64,000 nt of DNA from an uncultured Gammaproteobacteria bacterium (GTDB lineage: Bacteria; Patescibacteriota; Patescibacteriia; UBA11705; JABHMO01), in assembly GCA_964486065.1 (NCBI GenBank), contig CAZAKN010000001.1:80657-144656 (forward strand). Reading direction: 5' to 3'. A model generated the notes under the pieces. The model was not told where the DNA came from. It worked only from the letters and a program-made list of their open reading frames with translations, and made no database searches. The translations under genes were made by a program, and so were the position numbers. Each line of letters begins with the position of its first letter. Positions within the stretch are counted from its first letter, which is position 1. Positions 1-9,993 of this stretch are shown piece by piece.

Positions 1-307
1 TAAGTTTACCGGTTTTTAAAAAATCATAATACAAACTCGCCTCCACGAACTCCTCCATGGCCGCTTTCCAAGATCCTTCACGACGCAATCCTCCGTCTTT
101 GCCGAAACGCTTTTCCAAAGACTTGATGCCTTGTTTCGCTTCATCAATTTTATTCAACGCATCGGCAAGATTACCGCGATGCATGGCAAAAATGGCTTGT
201 TTTGATTTGCTCAATATGCCGTTACTTTCACTAATAATCTTTCTTCTGGCAATACCGAAATCCATTTGCTCCTTGAATATTTTTCTAAAAAACTTTTTGT
301 CCAACAT
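1..307 (-). CDS. Partial CDS (N-terminal 102 codons; 3' end runs off window); possible Translin-family-like protein
   Basis: Hand translation of minus strand from ATG at 307-305 gives uninterrupted ORF MLDKKFFRKIFKEQMDFGIARRKIISESNGILSKSKQAIFAMHRGNLADALNKIDEAKQGIK... with no stop to position 1; not in ORF track because no stop inside window. Product guess is weak. Confidence 0.4.
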   Translation of the reverse strand, partial: MLDKKFFRKIFKEQMDFGIARRKIISESNGILSKSKQAIFAMHRGNLADALNKIDEAKQGIKSLEKRFGKDGGLRREGSWKAAMEEFVEASLYYDFLKTGKL

Positions 308-351
308 AATTATTTGGTTATTTATTTTATCATTCTATCTTATGGAACGGA

Positions 352-1362
352 TTAATTCAAATATAATTGTTTTTTCCGCACATGTTCTTCATGCGTGGGA
401 CTAAAGAAAATTTGTCCGTCGCGCGTAGTTAGAAAATACAAATCACCGGTAATATTCGGATAAACCACCGCTTCAATCGCTTCAATACTCGGATTGCAAA
501 TCGGACCGGGTGGCAAACCTTGATTTTGATAAGTATTGTATGGATTATCAATTTTGGTATCGGCAATACTTGGTCGGTCTGTTCCCTTTTGCGTAATATA
601 ATTAACCGTGGCGTCGGACTGCAGAGGCATACCTATTTCCAAACGATTTAAAAACACGCCGGCCACTTTGCGTCTATTTTCATAACCATACATTTCTTGT
701 TCCACAACACTGGCCAGAGTCAAGACTTCATACAAAGTTTTCCCTTGCCTTTTTATTTCCTCCCGAATCTCTTCAGTCAGCTTATTGTCAAAATTGTTCA
801 GCATTTTTGCCACCAAAGCGGAAATCGGCGAATCCACGAACACTCTATAAGTATCGGGGTACAAATATCCTTCCAAAGTCGCTCCCTTCGGGCGGTCAAT
901 CAAGAAAAACCGATTTTTCTCATCAAATTCACGCGAATATTTCAAAAGTTCGCCGGGTTCAATGAATCCCAACTCCGCCAAATAGGCGTCTATTTCCGCT
1001 TCTGTCCAACCTTCTATTATTTTCACTTCCAACTCTTGACGAAGCGGTGTCGGCTCGCGTTCGGTTAAATTTTTTACCAATTGTTTAATATTCATGTCTG
1101 TTTGCAGATTGAAAGCACCATCATAAAATTCGGTTTTATAATCATTAAGCGATACATAAACCTTGAACATAAACGGGCTGGCCAAAAATCCTTCATCTTC
1201 CAATTTTTCAGCTATAGCTGAAACGCCCATTCCTTTTTCCACGATAAAAGTTTTATTCTCACCGTCACCGGGATTGGGATTATCAATGGAGATGATGTAC
1301 AAAAACCAAAACCCCACGAACGCTATTATAATAATGTAAAAAATTTTTTTTATATTTTTCAT
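352..1362 (-). CDS. mltG: Endolytic murein transglycosylase MltG (YceG family)
   Basis: 336 aa, N-terminal TM helix then YceG-like domain; family-typical architecture and conserved C-terminal region (ATVNYITQKG...). Confidence 0.75.
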   Translation of the reverse strand: MKNIKKIFYIIIIAFVGFWFLYIISIDNPNPGDGENKTFIVEKGMGVSAIAEKLEDEGFLASPFMFKVYVSLNDYKTEFYDGAFNLQTDMNIKQLVKNLTEREPTPLRQELEVKIIEGWTEAEIDAYLAELGFIEPGELLKYSREFDEKNRFFLIDRPKGATLEGYLYPDTYRVFVDSPISALVAKMLNNFDNKLTEEIREEIKRQGKTLYEVLTLASVVEQEMYGYENRRKVAGVFLNRLEIGMPLQSDATVNYITQKGTDRPSIADTKIDNPYNTYQNQGLPPGPICNPSIEAIEAVVYPNITGDLYFLTTRDGQIFFSPTHEEHVRKKQLYLN

Positions 1363-1368
1363 AATAAA

Positions 1369-2451
1369 TTATAAATATTTATTATTTTCTTCTTGTTTGA
1401 GTTGGGCAACGATTTTCTTGACCTCTTGCGCGCGATGTTTCGGACAGACTAAAAAGACTTTACCGTCACGAACAATCACCAAATCATCTACTCCCACCGT
1501 GGCGATCAAATCATCATCATTGCCGTAAATCAAACAATTACCGGTATCTTCACCACGCCAATTTCCGAAAACAATATTATTGTCCGCGTCACTTTGTTCG
1601 CGTTGATTTTCATAAAGAACATCAAACGCGCCCACATCGCTCCACCCGAAATATCCTTTAACTATCATCACTTGCGATGAATCCATTTTTTCGGTTACCG
1701 CGTAATCAAATGATATTTTTTCCATATTGGCGAATGATTCCGTGGCTCCTTGTTCATCCCCCGCTTCCAAATGATCAGCGACCTGTCGTAAATACATATA
1801 ATGCTCGGGGCTATATTTTTCAAAAGCTTCAAGAATTTTACGGGGAGTCCACATGTAATAACCGGCATGCCAGAGGTAATCTCCGGCTTCCAAATATTTC
1901 TTGGCCACGCTAAACTCGGGTTTTTCCGTGTGTCCGGCGAATTCATGAATTTCAATCCCATCATTATCTTCAATCAATTCGCCAATTCTGGTATAACCTA
2001 AAACAGTACTGGGAAAAGACGGTTCAATGGCGATGTCCATCATTTTCCCCGTTTGTTTAATCAATTCATCACATCGTTTAAATATTTTAAGAAAATTTTT
2101 GGTATTACCGATAAAATGATCAGCAGGGACGAAAGCGATCGGTTCATCCGGAAATTCTTTGGATAATTTCGCAGCCACAAAGCCCATGGCCGGTCCGGTA
2201 TCTCGTTTACTCGGCTCAATGATAAAGTTTTCTTCCGGAAATCCGGGTAAAAAGCTCCGCGCCAGCGGTTTCAAGTCCTCATTTAAACAAATATAAACAT
2301 CTCTATCGGCAAAAGCGAGTTTAAACCTATCAACCGTCTGCTCAATCATGGTTTTGTTGCCGATAACACGACAGAATTGTTTGGGTTTACTTTGACGACT
2401 AAGTGGCCACAAACGAGTACCGCCACCGCCGGCTAGAATAATGATTTTCAT
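1369..2451 (-). CDS. Mannose-1-phosphate guanylyltransferase (GDP-mannose pyrophosphorylase)
   Basis: N-terminal nucleotidyltransferase motif MKIIILAGGGGTRLWPLSRQSKPKQF typical of ManC/CpsB; 360 aa. Confidence 0.75.
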   Translation of the reverse strand: MKIIILAGGGGTRLWPLSRQSKPKQFCRVIGNKTMIEQTVDRFKLAFADRDVYICLNEDLKPLARSFLPGFPEENFIIEPSKRDTGPAMGFVAAKLSKEFPDEPIAFVPADHFIGNTKNFLKIFKRCDELIKQTGKMMDIAIEPSFPSTVLGYTRIGELIEDNDGIEIHEFAGHTEKPEFSVAKKYLEAGDYLWHAGYYMWTPRKILEAFEKYSPEHYMYLRQVADHLEAGDEQGATESFANMEKISFDYAVTEKMDSSQVMIVKGYFGWSDVGAFDVLYENQREQSDADNNIVFGNWRGEDTGNCLIYGNDDDLIATVGVDDLVIVRDGKVFLVCPKHRAQEVKKIVAQLKQEENNKYL

Positions 2452-2452
2452 A

Positions 2453-3271
2453 TTATCTTAAAAAAATTTGATAAGCGATCAAAAGCACCGCCAAACCAAT
2501 ACGATAATAAGCGAACACATACAATTTGTGTTCAGCCAGATATTTCAATAAATATTTTATCACAAAATAACCCACCAACGCGGAAACCATGAAGCCGATA
2601 AAAAAATTCAGTAAGGTCGATACATCAATATTGTGCCAATTAAAGGAAAGCATCTTGTACGCGCCGGCGCCGAGAATAATCGGCACTCCCAGAAGAAATG
2701 AAAATGAAGCGGCTTGTTCTCTTTTTAAACCAATACTCATACCGGCGGTAATAGTAATGCCGGAACGAGAAACTCCGGGAATAAGCGCCAAAGCCTGACC
2801 AAAGCCGATCAAAACAGCTTGACCAAGCTTCAGTTTTTCTTTACGCATATTTTGCTTGGAATATTTTTCTATTACGAAAAATAAAATTGCAACAATTACC
2901 AAAGTCGCGGATACCACCCAAATACTGCGTAAATTTTCTTCAATAAATCCCTCCAGCAATAAACCGATAACGATGGCTGGTACGGAAGCATAAATAATAT
3001 TCAAAGTTACGGACAAATCGTCTTTGTTCATATTTTTCGGTGCGAAACAAGCCTGCCAAATAACCGTGATATAACGCTTTATCTCAGCGCGAAAATATAT
3101 TATAATGGCAATGGCGGTACCGAGATGAAGCGCCACATCAAAAGCCACATTGTCTTCCATGTTAAAATGCAAAACCTCATGCAAAACCACCAAGTGGCCG
3201 GAACTGGAAACCGGAATAAACTCGGTCAGCCCCTGAACCGCGCCGAGTATAATTGAAATTAAATACATCAT
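2453..3271 (-). CDS. uppP: Undecaprenyl-diphosphatase UppP (BacA)
   Basis: 272 aa polytopic membrane protein; conserved GVSRSGITI and N-terminal SSSGH motifs of UppP. Confidence 0.85.
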   Translation of the reverse strand: MMYLISIILGAVQGLTEFIPVSSSGHLVVLHEVLHFNMEDNVAFDVALHLGTAIAIIIYFRAEIKRYITVIWQACFAPKNMNKDDLSVTLNIIYASVPAIVIGLLLEGFIEENLRSIWVVSATLVIVAILFFVIEKYSKQNMRKEKLKLGQAVLIGFGQALALIPGVSRSGITITAGMSIGLKREQAASFSFLLGVPIILGAGAYKMLSFNWHNIDVSTLLNFFIGFMVSALVGYFVIKYLLKYLAEHKLYVFAYYRIGLAVLLIAYQIFLR

Positions 3272-3293
3272 AAATAATTATTAAAAAAATTTT

Positions 3294-3722
3294 ATGGCTT
3301 ATCATTATATCTTCATCCCCATAGTCGCGGGCGTTATCGCACAAGGAATCAAATTGGTGATTGACGCCGCCAAAGGTGAATTCTCATGGAAAGATTTAAA
3401 CAGTTACGGTGGCATGCCCAGTGCTCACAGCGCTTTCGTTGTTTCATTGGCGGCTTTAGTCGGATACTTTGAAGGATTTGATTCAGCTTTTTTCGGTATC
3501 GCGTTCATCTTGGCGATCATCATAATTCGCGATGCCGGCGGTTATCGCCGAGTTATCGGCACTCATGCCAAAGAATTGAATCAGATCGTGCATTCTCTCT
3601 CGCCGGAATACACTTTTCAATATTCGCATTTACCCGAAAGAATCGGCCACACTCCCCTGCAAATATTTTTCGGGTCCCTGATCGGTCTACTCACGGTCGT
3701 TCTTTATTTGTTGATAATTTAA
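3294..3722 (+). CDS. Divergent PAP2-family membrane protein (DUF212/YuiD-like)
   Basis: 142 aa, motif GGMPSAHSA and membrane helices characteristic of DUF212 acid phosphatase-related proteins. Confidence 0.65.
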   Translation: MAYHYIFIPIVAGVIAQGIKLVIDAAKGEFSWKDLNSYGGMPSAHSAFVVSLAALVGYFEGFDSAFFGIAFILAIIIIRDAGGYRRVIGTHAKELNQIVHSLSPEYTFQYSHLPERIGHTPLQIFFGSLIGLLTVVLYLLII

Positions 3723-3762
3723 TCGCTTTTCAATCGGTCGCCTCGCAATAAACGGGGCGACA

Positions 3763-4632
3763 TTATTTTTGGCAAATCGGGCAATATGTGGTTCCGCGTC
3801 CACCCAATTTAATCTTTTTAATTCGCGCTTGTCTGCATTTTTTGCATATTTCACCGCCTCTACCGTAAACCATTAAATATTTTTGATATCCTCCTTTCCG
3901 CCCTTCGCTGTTAACATAATTACTGAATGAAGTTCCCTTGGCTTTAATCGCTTTAAATAATACTTCTCGTACCCGCACGAACAAAGCTTTCTTCTGCTCA
4001 AGAGTTAATTTTGAAGCGACTTTATCCGGTCTGACTCCCGCCTTGAAACAAGCTTCGTCAACATAAATATTACCCAGACCGGCGATCTTTCCTTGATCCA
4101 AAAGCAATTGCTTAATCTTAATTTTGGGACGATTCTTGAAAAGTTGTTTGAAATATTCAAAATTCCAATCATCATCTGTTGGCTCATGACCGAACTTGCT
4201 CAATTCTTTTTCCAACCGCTTGCCGTCAACCAGTTTAAAATATCCGAATTTACGCACATCATTGAAATACAAAGCCGTTCCGTCACTGAATTCCAATTCC
4301 ACTCTGGTAAACTTATTCGGCACTTTTTCCACGCCTTCAATCGGATGACCGCCCACAACATATTTGCCTCGTTTCGGTTCGTAAACCAATTGTCCCGTCA
4401 TTTTTAAATGAATCAATAAGTATGAATCCTCACCTAATTTAAAATATAAAAGTTTTCCTCTACGGGAAACTTTTTTGATTATTTTACCTATTATTTTTTT
4501 AATAAACACTCCAACCTTCGGAGAAATTTTCTTGGCAAAAGAATCTTCAATCAAAACATTGGCGATTTTCTTATTGACAATCTTTTCTTCCAATTCTTTT
4601 TTAATTGTTTCCACTTCGGGTAATTCAGGCAT
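3763..4632 (-). CDS. mutM: Formamidopyrimidine-DNA glycosylase (Fpg/MutM)
   Basis: Start set at canonical MPELPEVE (catalytic Pro2) rather than upstream in-frame Met at 4707; C-terminal zinc finger (CxxC...CPICQ). Confidence 0.85.
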   Translation of the reverse strand: MPELPEVETIKKELEEKIVNKKIANVLIEDSFAKKISPKVGVFIKKIIGKIIKKVSRRGKLLYFKLGEDSYLLIHLKMTGQLVYEPKRGKYVVGGHPIEGVEKVPNKFTRVELEFSDGTALYFNDVRKFGYFKLVDGKRLEKELSKFGHEPTDDDWNFEYFKQLFKNRPKIKIKQLLLDQGKIAGLGNIYVDEACFKAGVRPDKVASKLTLEQKKALFVRVREVLFKAIKAKGTSFSNYVNSEGRKGGYQKYLMVYGRGGEICKKCRQARIKKIKLGGRGTTYCPICQK

Positions 4633-4733
4633 AGTATTATCATGTTTACGGATTTTGAAAATAAATAACGGATCACGACTTATCAATCGCCAATCACATT
4701 TCTCCAAGCAAGCTCCGCGACTCGTGACAGTAA

Positions 4734-6317
4734 TTAAACAAGCGGTCTGCCACTCATTTCGTCCGGTGGCTCAATTCCCATTAATTTCAGAATAGTGGGA
4801 GCAATATCACTTAAAACTCCCACCGGTTGCAACAAACTTAAATCCACTCCGCTCTCCGTATTATTTAAAATATTTTTTCCTTCCAATTCACGATCAATCA
4901 CAATGCAAGGAACCGGATTGGTGCTATGTTCTTTGTCTCTTTCTCCGGTTTGCAGATTCAACAATTCTTCAGCGTTGCCATGATCAGCGGTAATAACCGC
5001 CTTCCCTCCTTTAGACAAAAGAAGTTCCACCACTTCGCCAACACATTGATCAATATATTCAATGGCTGTCACCGTTTCTTTTATTTCTCCAGTATGACCG
5101 ACCATATCAGGATTGGCGAAATTCACTACCACGAAATCATGTTTTTCACGATTTAATTCTTGAATCAATTTATCGGTTACCGATCGCGCGGACATAAGCG
5201 GTTGCTCTGAATAGGAAGCCACCTTGGGCGAAGGTACCACTATTCTATCCTCTCCTTCAAAAGCGTCTTCCGTGCCTCCACTGAAAAAAAATGTAACATG
5301 TGCGTATTTTTCAGTTTCCGCGATATGTAATTGCCTGAAACCCTTTTCACTAAGCACTCTGGGCAAAGATGTTTTAATAGTCTCTTTCTGATAAGCGACC
5401 TTGACGGGTAAACCTTCTTCGTATTGCGTCATGGTTACAAATAATAAATTATCAATTTTCTTTCCACGATCAAATTTATCAAACTCCTCATCTAAAAAAG
5501 TATGCGTTAATTGCCGAGCACGATCCGCACGATAATTAAAAAAGATGACCGCGTCATTATCACCCACAACCGCTCTCGGCGAACCTTCTTTGCCGATTAC
5601 AACAGGGATAAATTCTTCATCATAAACTTTTTCTTCATACGATTTTTCAATAGCTTTTACGGGATCCTTATAATATTCTTCACTTTCGCCGTCAGTCAAA
5701 ACCTTCCATGTTTTCTCAACTCTGTCCCAACGATTATCACGATCCATGGCGTAATAACGACCATGCAAAGAAGCGATTTTGCCGACTCCGATTTTTTTAA
5801 TCTCTTTTTGTAAATCTTCAATAAAGCCTTTGCCACTATTGTAAGGTGAATCACGACCGTCCAAAAAAGCATGCACAAAAACATCTTTCACCTTATTGCG
5901 TTTAGCCAAATCCAAAAGCGCGTAACAATGCGAATTCATGGCATGAACCTTTCCTTCACTCACCAATCCCACCAAATGCAATTTGGAGTTATGCTTTTTA
6001 ACATGATCAAACGCTTCCAAAAACGCCGCGTTTTCAAAAAAACCGCCACCATCAATATCCTTATCAATGCGTGGCAAATTTTGATAAAAAATCTTACCCA
6101 CGCCGAGATTCAAATGTCCAACTTCCGAATTCCCCATTTCCCCCCAAGACAAACCAACGGCTTCTCCCGAAGCCAACAAAGTCATGGCCGGATAGCTTTC
6201 AATGTATTTATTGATGTTCGAAGTTTTGGCCAGTGAGACACCATTCCCTTCAGAATGTGGCGCCACTCCCCAACCATCAAGAATTATTAGCATTACTGGT
6301 TTTCTGTTGTCAGACAT
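4734..6317 (-). CDS. gpmI: 2,3-bisphosphoglycerate-independent phosphoglycerate mutase (copy 1)
   Basis: 527 aa; N-terminal LIILDGWG, metal-binding alkaline-phosphatase-superfamily core, C-terminal ADHGN. Confidence 0.85.
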   Translation of the reverse strand: MSDNRKPVMLIILDGWGVAPHSEGNGVSLAKTSNINKYIESYPAMTLLASGEAVGLSWGEMGNSEVGHLNLGVGKIFYQNLPRIDKDIDGGGFFENAAFLEAFDHVKKHNSKLHLVGLVSEGKVHAMNSHCYALLDLAKRNKVKDVFVHAFLDGRDSPYNSGKGFIEDLQKEIKKIGVGKIASLHGRYYAMDRDNRWDRVEKTWKVLTDGESEEYYKDPVKAIEKSYEEKVYDEEFIPVVIGKEGSPRAVVGDNDAVIFFNYRADRARQLTHTFLDEEFDKFDRGKKIDNLLFVTMTQYEEGLPVKVAYQKETIKTSLPRVLSEKGFRQLHIAETEKYAHVTFFFSGGTEDAFEGEDRIVVPSPKVASYSEQPLMSARSVTDKLIQELNREKHDFVVVNFANPDMVGHTGEIKETVTAIEYIDQCVGEVVELLLSKGGKAVITADHGNAEELLNLQTGERDKEHSTNPVPCIVIDRELEGKNILNNTESGVDLSLLQPVGVLSDIAPTILKLMGIEPPDEMSGRPLV

Positions 6318-6366
6318 ATTTATTATTTATTTATTATTACGAATCATTATTTACGGATCAAGGAAA

Positions 6367-7923
6367 TTATTTTATAAGCGAACCTGAAATACCTTTGGGA
6401 ATTTTTTTGATATTAAACATTTGATAAATTGTCGGAGCAATATTGGTTAAATCCCCTTTTTTAAATAATTTGACTCCCTTTTTGTCATCACTTACCAAGA
6501 TCAAAGGAACGGGATTGGTCGTATGCCAAGTCCAAACTTCATCGGTTTTCAAGTCAAGCATTTTTTCCGCGTTACCATGATCAGCCGTGACGATCAGTTC
6601 ACCTTTATTTTTCAAAACAGCTTTACTTACCTCGCCCAAACATTTATCAGTATGCTCAATCGCTTTAATCGTGGCGGGCAAATTCCCCGTATGCCCCACC
6701 ATGTCGGGATTGGCGAAATTAATGGTAATGAAATCATATTTTTTTTGTTCAATATATTTCACGACCTGTTTAGCTATTTTATAAACACTCATTTCAGGTT
6801 TCAAATCATAACTTTTAACTTTCGGCGATGGAATCATTTGCCACTTTTCATGATCGCGTGTCTCCTTGTAACCACCATTGAAAAAATATGTGACATGCGC
6901 GTATTTTTCCGTTTCCGCTATATATAATGAATTAACATTTTCCAAAATTTTTGGCACTGATTGTTCCACCTGCGCTCCGGGGAAAGCTGCTTGCATGCCG
7001 TCAAGATCCGGTCCAAAGTCGGTTAAGGCGGTAAAAGTTAGATTTTTTATAACTTTGTTTCTTTTAAAAGAATTCTTATTTCTGCGATTGAAATCTTTTT
7101 GCGCAAAGGTTTTGGCTATTTGTCTCGCCCTATCTGATCTTAAGTTGAAAAATATGACCGAATCATTGTCATTAATTCTGCTTTTGGCGACATGCTTCCC
7201 ATCGGAGCAAATCGTGGCAGGTTCAATAAACTCATCGGTTATGCCTTTGTTGTATGAATGCAAAACCGCTTGTTTGAGATTTTTAAAATTACGACACTTG
7301 CCGGCGGTCAGGCAATCATAGGCTTTTTGCGTGCGTTGCCAATTTTTAACACGATCCATGGCGTAAAACCTTCCCATCACAGTTACGATTTTGGCTTTTC
7401 CTTTAACCTTTTTTTCCACTTCATCAAGCACTTCAATTGAAGCATATTGCGGAGAGTCACGACCATCGGTGATAAAATGCAGAAAAATATTTTTAACTTT
7501 ATATTTGGCCGCCATGTTCACCAAGGCATACATATGCTGTTTATCCGAATGAGGACTGCCGTTCTTGCTAAGCAATCCGAAAATATGTAAATTAGCAGCG
7601 TTTTGCTCGGCATGCTTGATAGAATCAATTAAAATATTATTTTTTTCAAAACGACCGTTTCTGATAGATTCGGAAATAATCACCGAATCTTGTTTAACCG
7701 GAAAACCGGCGCCGATATTCATATGTCCGGCTTCGGAATTTCCAACTTGATTTTTCGGCAATCCCACTTGCGAACCATGCGCCACCAACTTGGTATGCGA
7801 ATACTTCTCCCACAATTTTTCATAATTAGGCTTAACCGCTTGTTCAATAGCATTTCCTTTCGTTTTGGGAGCCAATCCCCAACCATCAAGAATCAGCAAT
7901 ACGATTGTTTTATTTGTTTTCAT
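6367..7923 (-). CDS. gpmI: 2,3-bisphosphoglycerate-independent phosphoglycerate mutase paralog (copy 2)
   Basis: 518 aa; same signature blocks (LLILDGWG, ANPDMVGHTG, TADHGNAE) as neighbouring copy but clearly diverged sequence. Confidence 0.8.
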   Translation of the reverse strand: MKTNKTIVLLILDGWGLAPKTKGNAIEQAVKPNYEKLWEKYSHTKLVAHGSQVGLPKNQVGNSEAGHMNIGAGFPVKQDSVIISESIRNGRFEKNNILIDSIKHAEQNAANLHIFGLLSKNGSPHSDKQHMYALVNMAAKYKVKNIFLHFITDGRDSPQYASIEVLDEVEKKVKGKAKIVTVMGRFYAMDRVKNWQRTQKAYDCLTAGKCRNFKNLKQAVLHSYNKGITDEFIEPATICSDGKHVAKSRINDNDSVIFFNLRSDRARQIAKTFAQKDFNRRNKNSFKRNKVIKNLTFTALTDFGPDLDGMQAAFPGAQVEQSVPKILENVNSLYIAETEKYAHVTYFFNGGYKETRDHEKWQMIPSPKVKSYDLKPEMSVYKIAKQVVKYIEQKKYDFITINFANPDMVGHTGNLPATIKAIEHTDKCLGEVSKAVLKNKGELIVTADHGNAEKMLDLKTDEVWTWHTTNPVPLILVSDDKKGVKLFKKGDLTNIAPTIYQMFNIKKIPKGISGSLIK

Positions 7924-9176
7924 ATTTCATTTTCAATTTCCATCAATCTGTTATACTTGGCGACTCTTTCCGAACGGGACAATGATCCCGTTTTTATAAA
8001 ATCCGCGTTTACGGCCACTGCCAAATCCGCGATAAAAGTATCGCAAGTTTCTCCCGAACGATGCGAAACACTTATTTTATATTTATTCTCTTTCGCCAAA
8101 TAAATCGTGTTGATTGTTTCCGTCAAAGTTCCGATTTGGTTAAGCTTAATCAAAATCGCATTGGCTGCTCCCATTTCAATTCCTTGTTCCAATCTTTCGT
8201 AATTCGTAACAAACAAATCATCTCCGACCAAAGTTACTTGCTTTCCGAGAAAACCGTTACATTTCATCCAATTGATCCAATCGTCTTCCGCCAAAGGATC
8301 TTCAATGGAGATAATCGGATATTTTTTCAGCCATTTTTCCAATGTTTTTATGACTTGATTGGCGGATACTTTTTTCTTGCCACTTTTATCATTCAGAGCG
8401 TATTGCCCTGTTTTTGAATCAAAGTATTCACTAAGTGCCAAATCGGAAGCGATAAACGCGTCCTTGCCGGGTTTATAACCCGCCTTTTTTATGGCGGATA
8501 AAATAAAATCCAAAGCTTGCTCATTACTTTTTAAATTCGGAGCAAATCCACCTTCATCACCTACTAAGGTTTGATAACCGCTTTTTTTAAGTAATTGCTT
8601 CAGAGCCATAAAAACCTCCGCACCTATACGCACTCTTTTTTCCATTTTCGTGGCTTGCGGAACAACCATAAATTCTTGTACGGTCAATGAGTTGTCGGCA
8701 TGTTTACCACCGTTTAAAATATTCATGGTCGGCACGGGCATTCGCCATTTCTTCTCCGGCAAACGATACGCTTGGCGAATGTATTGATATAAAGGTTTAT
8801 TTTTACTCAATGACGCGCATCTGGCGCAAGCTAATGAAACCGCCAGAATCGCGTTAGCGCCCAGCTTGCTTTTATTTTTCGTGCCATCCAGCTCAATCAT
8901 CACCTGATCTATTTGTCTTTGCTTATCAATTTCCATGCCTTGCAATTTTTTTCCGATAATATTATTCACATTTCGCACGGCTTTCAAAACGCCTTTGCCT
9001 TGATATCTTTTTTTGTCGCCATCGCGCAATTCATGAGCTTCATGTTTTCCGGTAGAAGCTCCGGACGGTACCATGGCCTTGGCGATAATTCCATTTTGCA
9101 ATTCCACGCGAGCTTCAACCGTAGGATTACCTCTGGAATCCAGCACTTCGCGTGCGCTTATTTTTTTTATTTTCAT
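7920..9176 (-). CDS. eno: Enolase
   Basis: 418 aa; N-terminal EVLDSRGNPTVEA and C-terminal SHRSGET enolase signatures. Confidence 0.9.
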   Translation of the reverse strand: MKIKKISAREVLDSRGNPTVEARVELQNGIIAKAMVPSGASTGKHEAHELRDGDKKRYQGKGVLKAVRNVNNIIGKKLQGMEIDKQRQIDQVMIELDGTKNKSKLGANAILAVSLACARCASLSKNKPLYQYIRQAYRLPEKKWRMPVPTMNILNGGKHADNSLTVQEFMVVPQATKMEKRVRIGAEVFMALKQLLKKSGYQTLVGDEGGFAPNLKSNEQALDFILSAIKKAGYKPGKDAFIASDLALSEYFDSKTGQYALNDKSGKKKVSANQVIKTLEKWLKKYPIISIEDPLAEDDWINWMKCNGFLGKQVTLVGDDLFVTNYERLEQGIEMGAANAILIKLNQIGTLTETINTIYLAKENKYKISVSHRSGETCDTFIADLAVAVNADFIKTGSLSRSERVAKYNRLMEIENEI

Positions 9177-9195
9177 AATTTAAAATTTTCTTTAA

Positions 9196-9978
9196 TTATA
9201 AGATTTCATAAGTCAATGAAACATTAACCGTGATTTCATTTTCACCGGTTTGAATTCGTGGCGCTTCTTCTCCACCGCCCAGTCCATACGCTTCATCAGC
9301 CATGGCTTTGTATTGAGGCATATCAATATACCCGTTTTGCGATTCGGAAAATGAAATTATTTTGCCGAGTTTCACATCCAATTGTTTGGCCAATTCATCA
9401 GCTTTTTCTTTCGCGTTGGCGATAGCTTCGGCGCGTGCTTCTTGTTTCAATTCTTCTTCATCATCAATTTCAAATCGCAAACTTCCGATATCATTGGCTC
9501 CGTTATCCGCGGCTAACTTTAAAATGGTATTGATTTTTTCATGATCGCGAATAGTAACTTCCACGGCTTGATTCACATAATAACCAACAACTTTTCTATC
9601 CCCATCATTCCAATCATATTTCGGATTTACATTGTAATTGGTTGTCCGCATATCTTTTTCCTCAATCTCCTGTTCTTCCAACATGACGATGATTTGATTC
9701 ATTTTTTCAGTATTTTCTTCTTGAGCTTTTTCAACTGTTGCTTTTTCCGTACGCACGCCAAGGCTAACTTTGGCCACATCGGGCTTCATGGTCGCAATAC
9801 CTTCACCTTTAATGGAAATTGAATAAGGTACTTCAGCGGATTTGCCGATATAATCGTGTTCCGTCCACGCGTTTCTCGCTTCCAAAGCCAAAAACAAAGC
9901 CAAAAACAACAGCGATAAAGATAAAAATACCGCCACCGCTTTGTGATGAAATACATTGTATTCACATTTGTTTTCCAT
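9196..9978 (-). CDS. SIMPL-domain (DUF541) secreted protein
   Basis: 260 aa with N-terminal signal/TM helix and DUF541-like periplasmic domain; assignment by family resemblance only. Confidence 0.55.
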   Translation of the reverse strand: MENKCEYNVFHHKAVAVFLSLSLLFLALFLALEARNAWTEHDYIGKSAEVPYSISIKGEGIATMKPDVAKVSLGVRTEKATVEKAQEENTEKMNQIIVMLEEQEIEEKDMRTTNYNVNPKYDWNDGDRKVVGYYVNQAVEVTIRDHEKINTILKLAADNGANDIGSLRFEIDDEEELKQEARAEAIANAKEKADELAKQLDVKLGKIISFSESQNGYIDMPQYKAMADEAYGLGGGEEAPRIQTGENEITVNVSLTYEIL

Positions 9979-9993
9979 AAATTTTTAAGTTAT

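Noticed and set aside
57-404. 115-aa + strand ORF at window start
   Set aside because: Lies antisense to a cleaner, longer minus-strand open frame (1-307) and has Phe/Leu/Ser-rich composition typical of AT-rich antisense ORFs.
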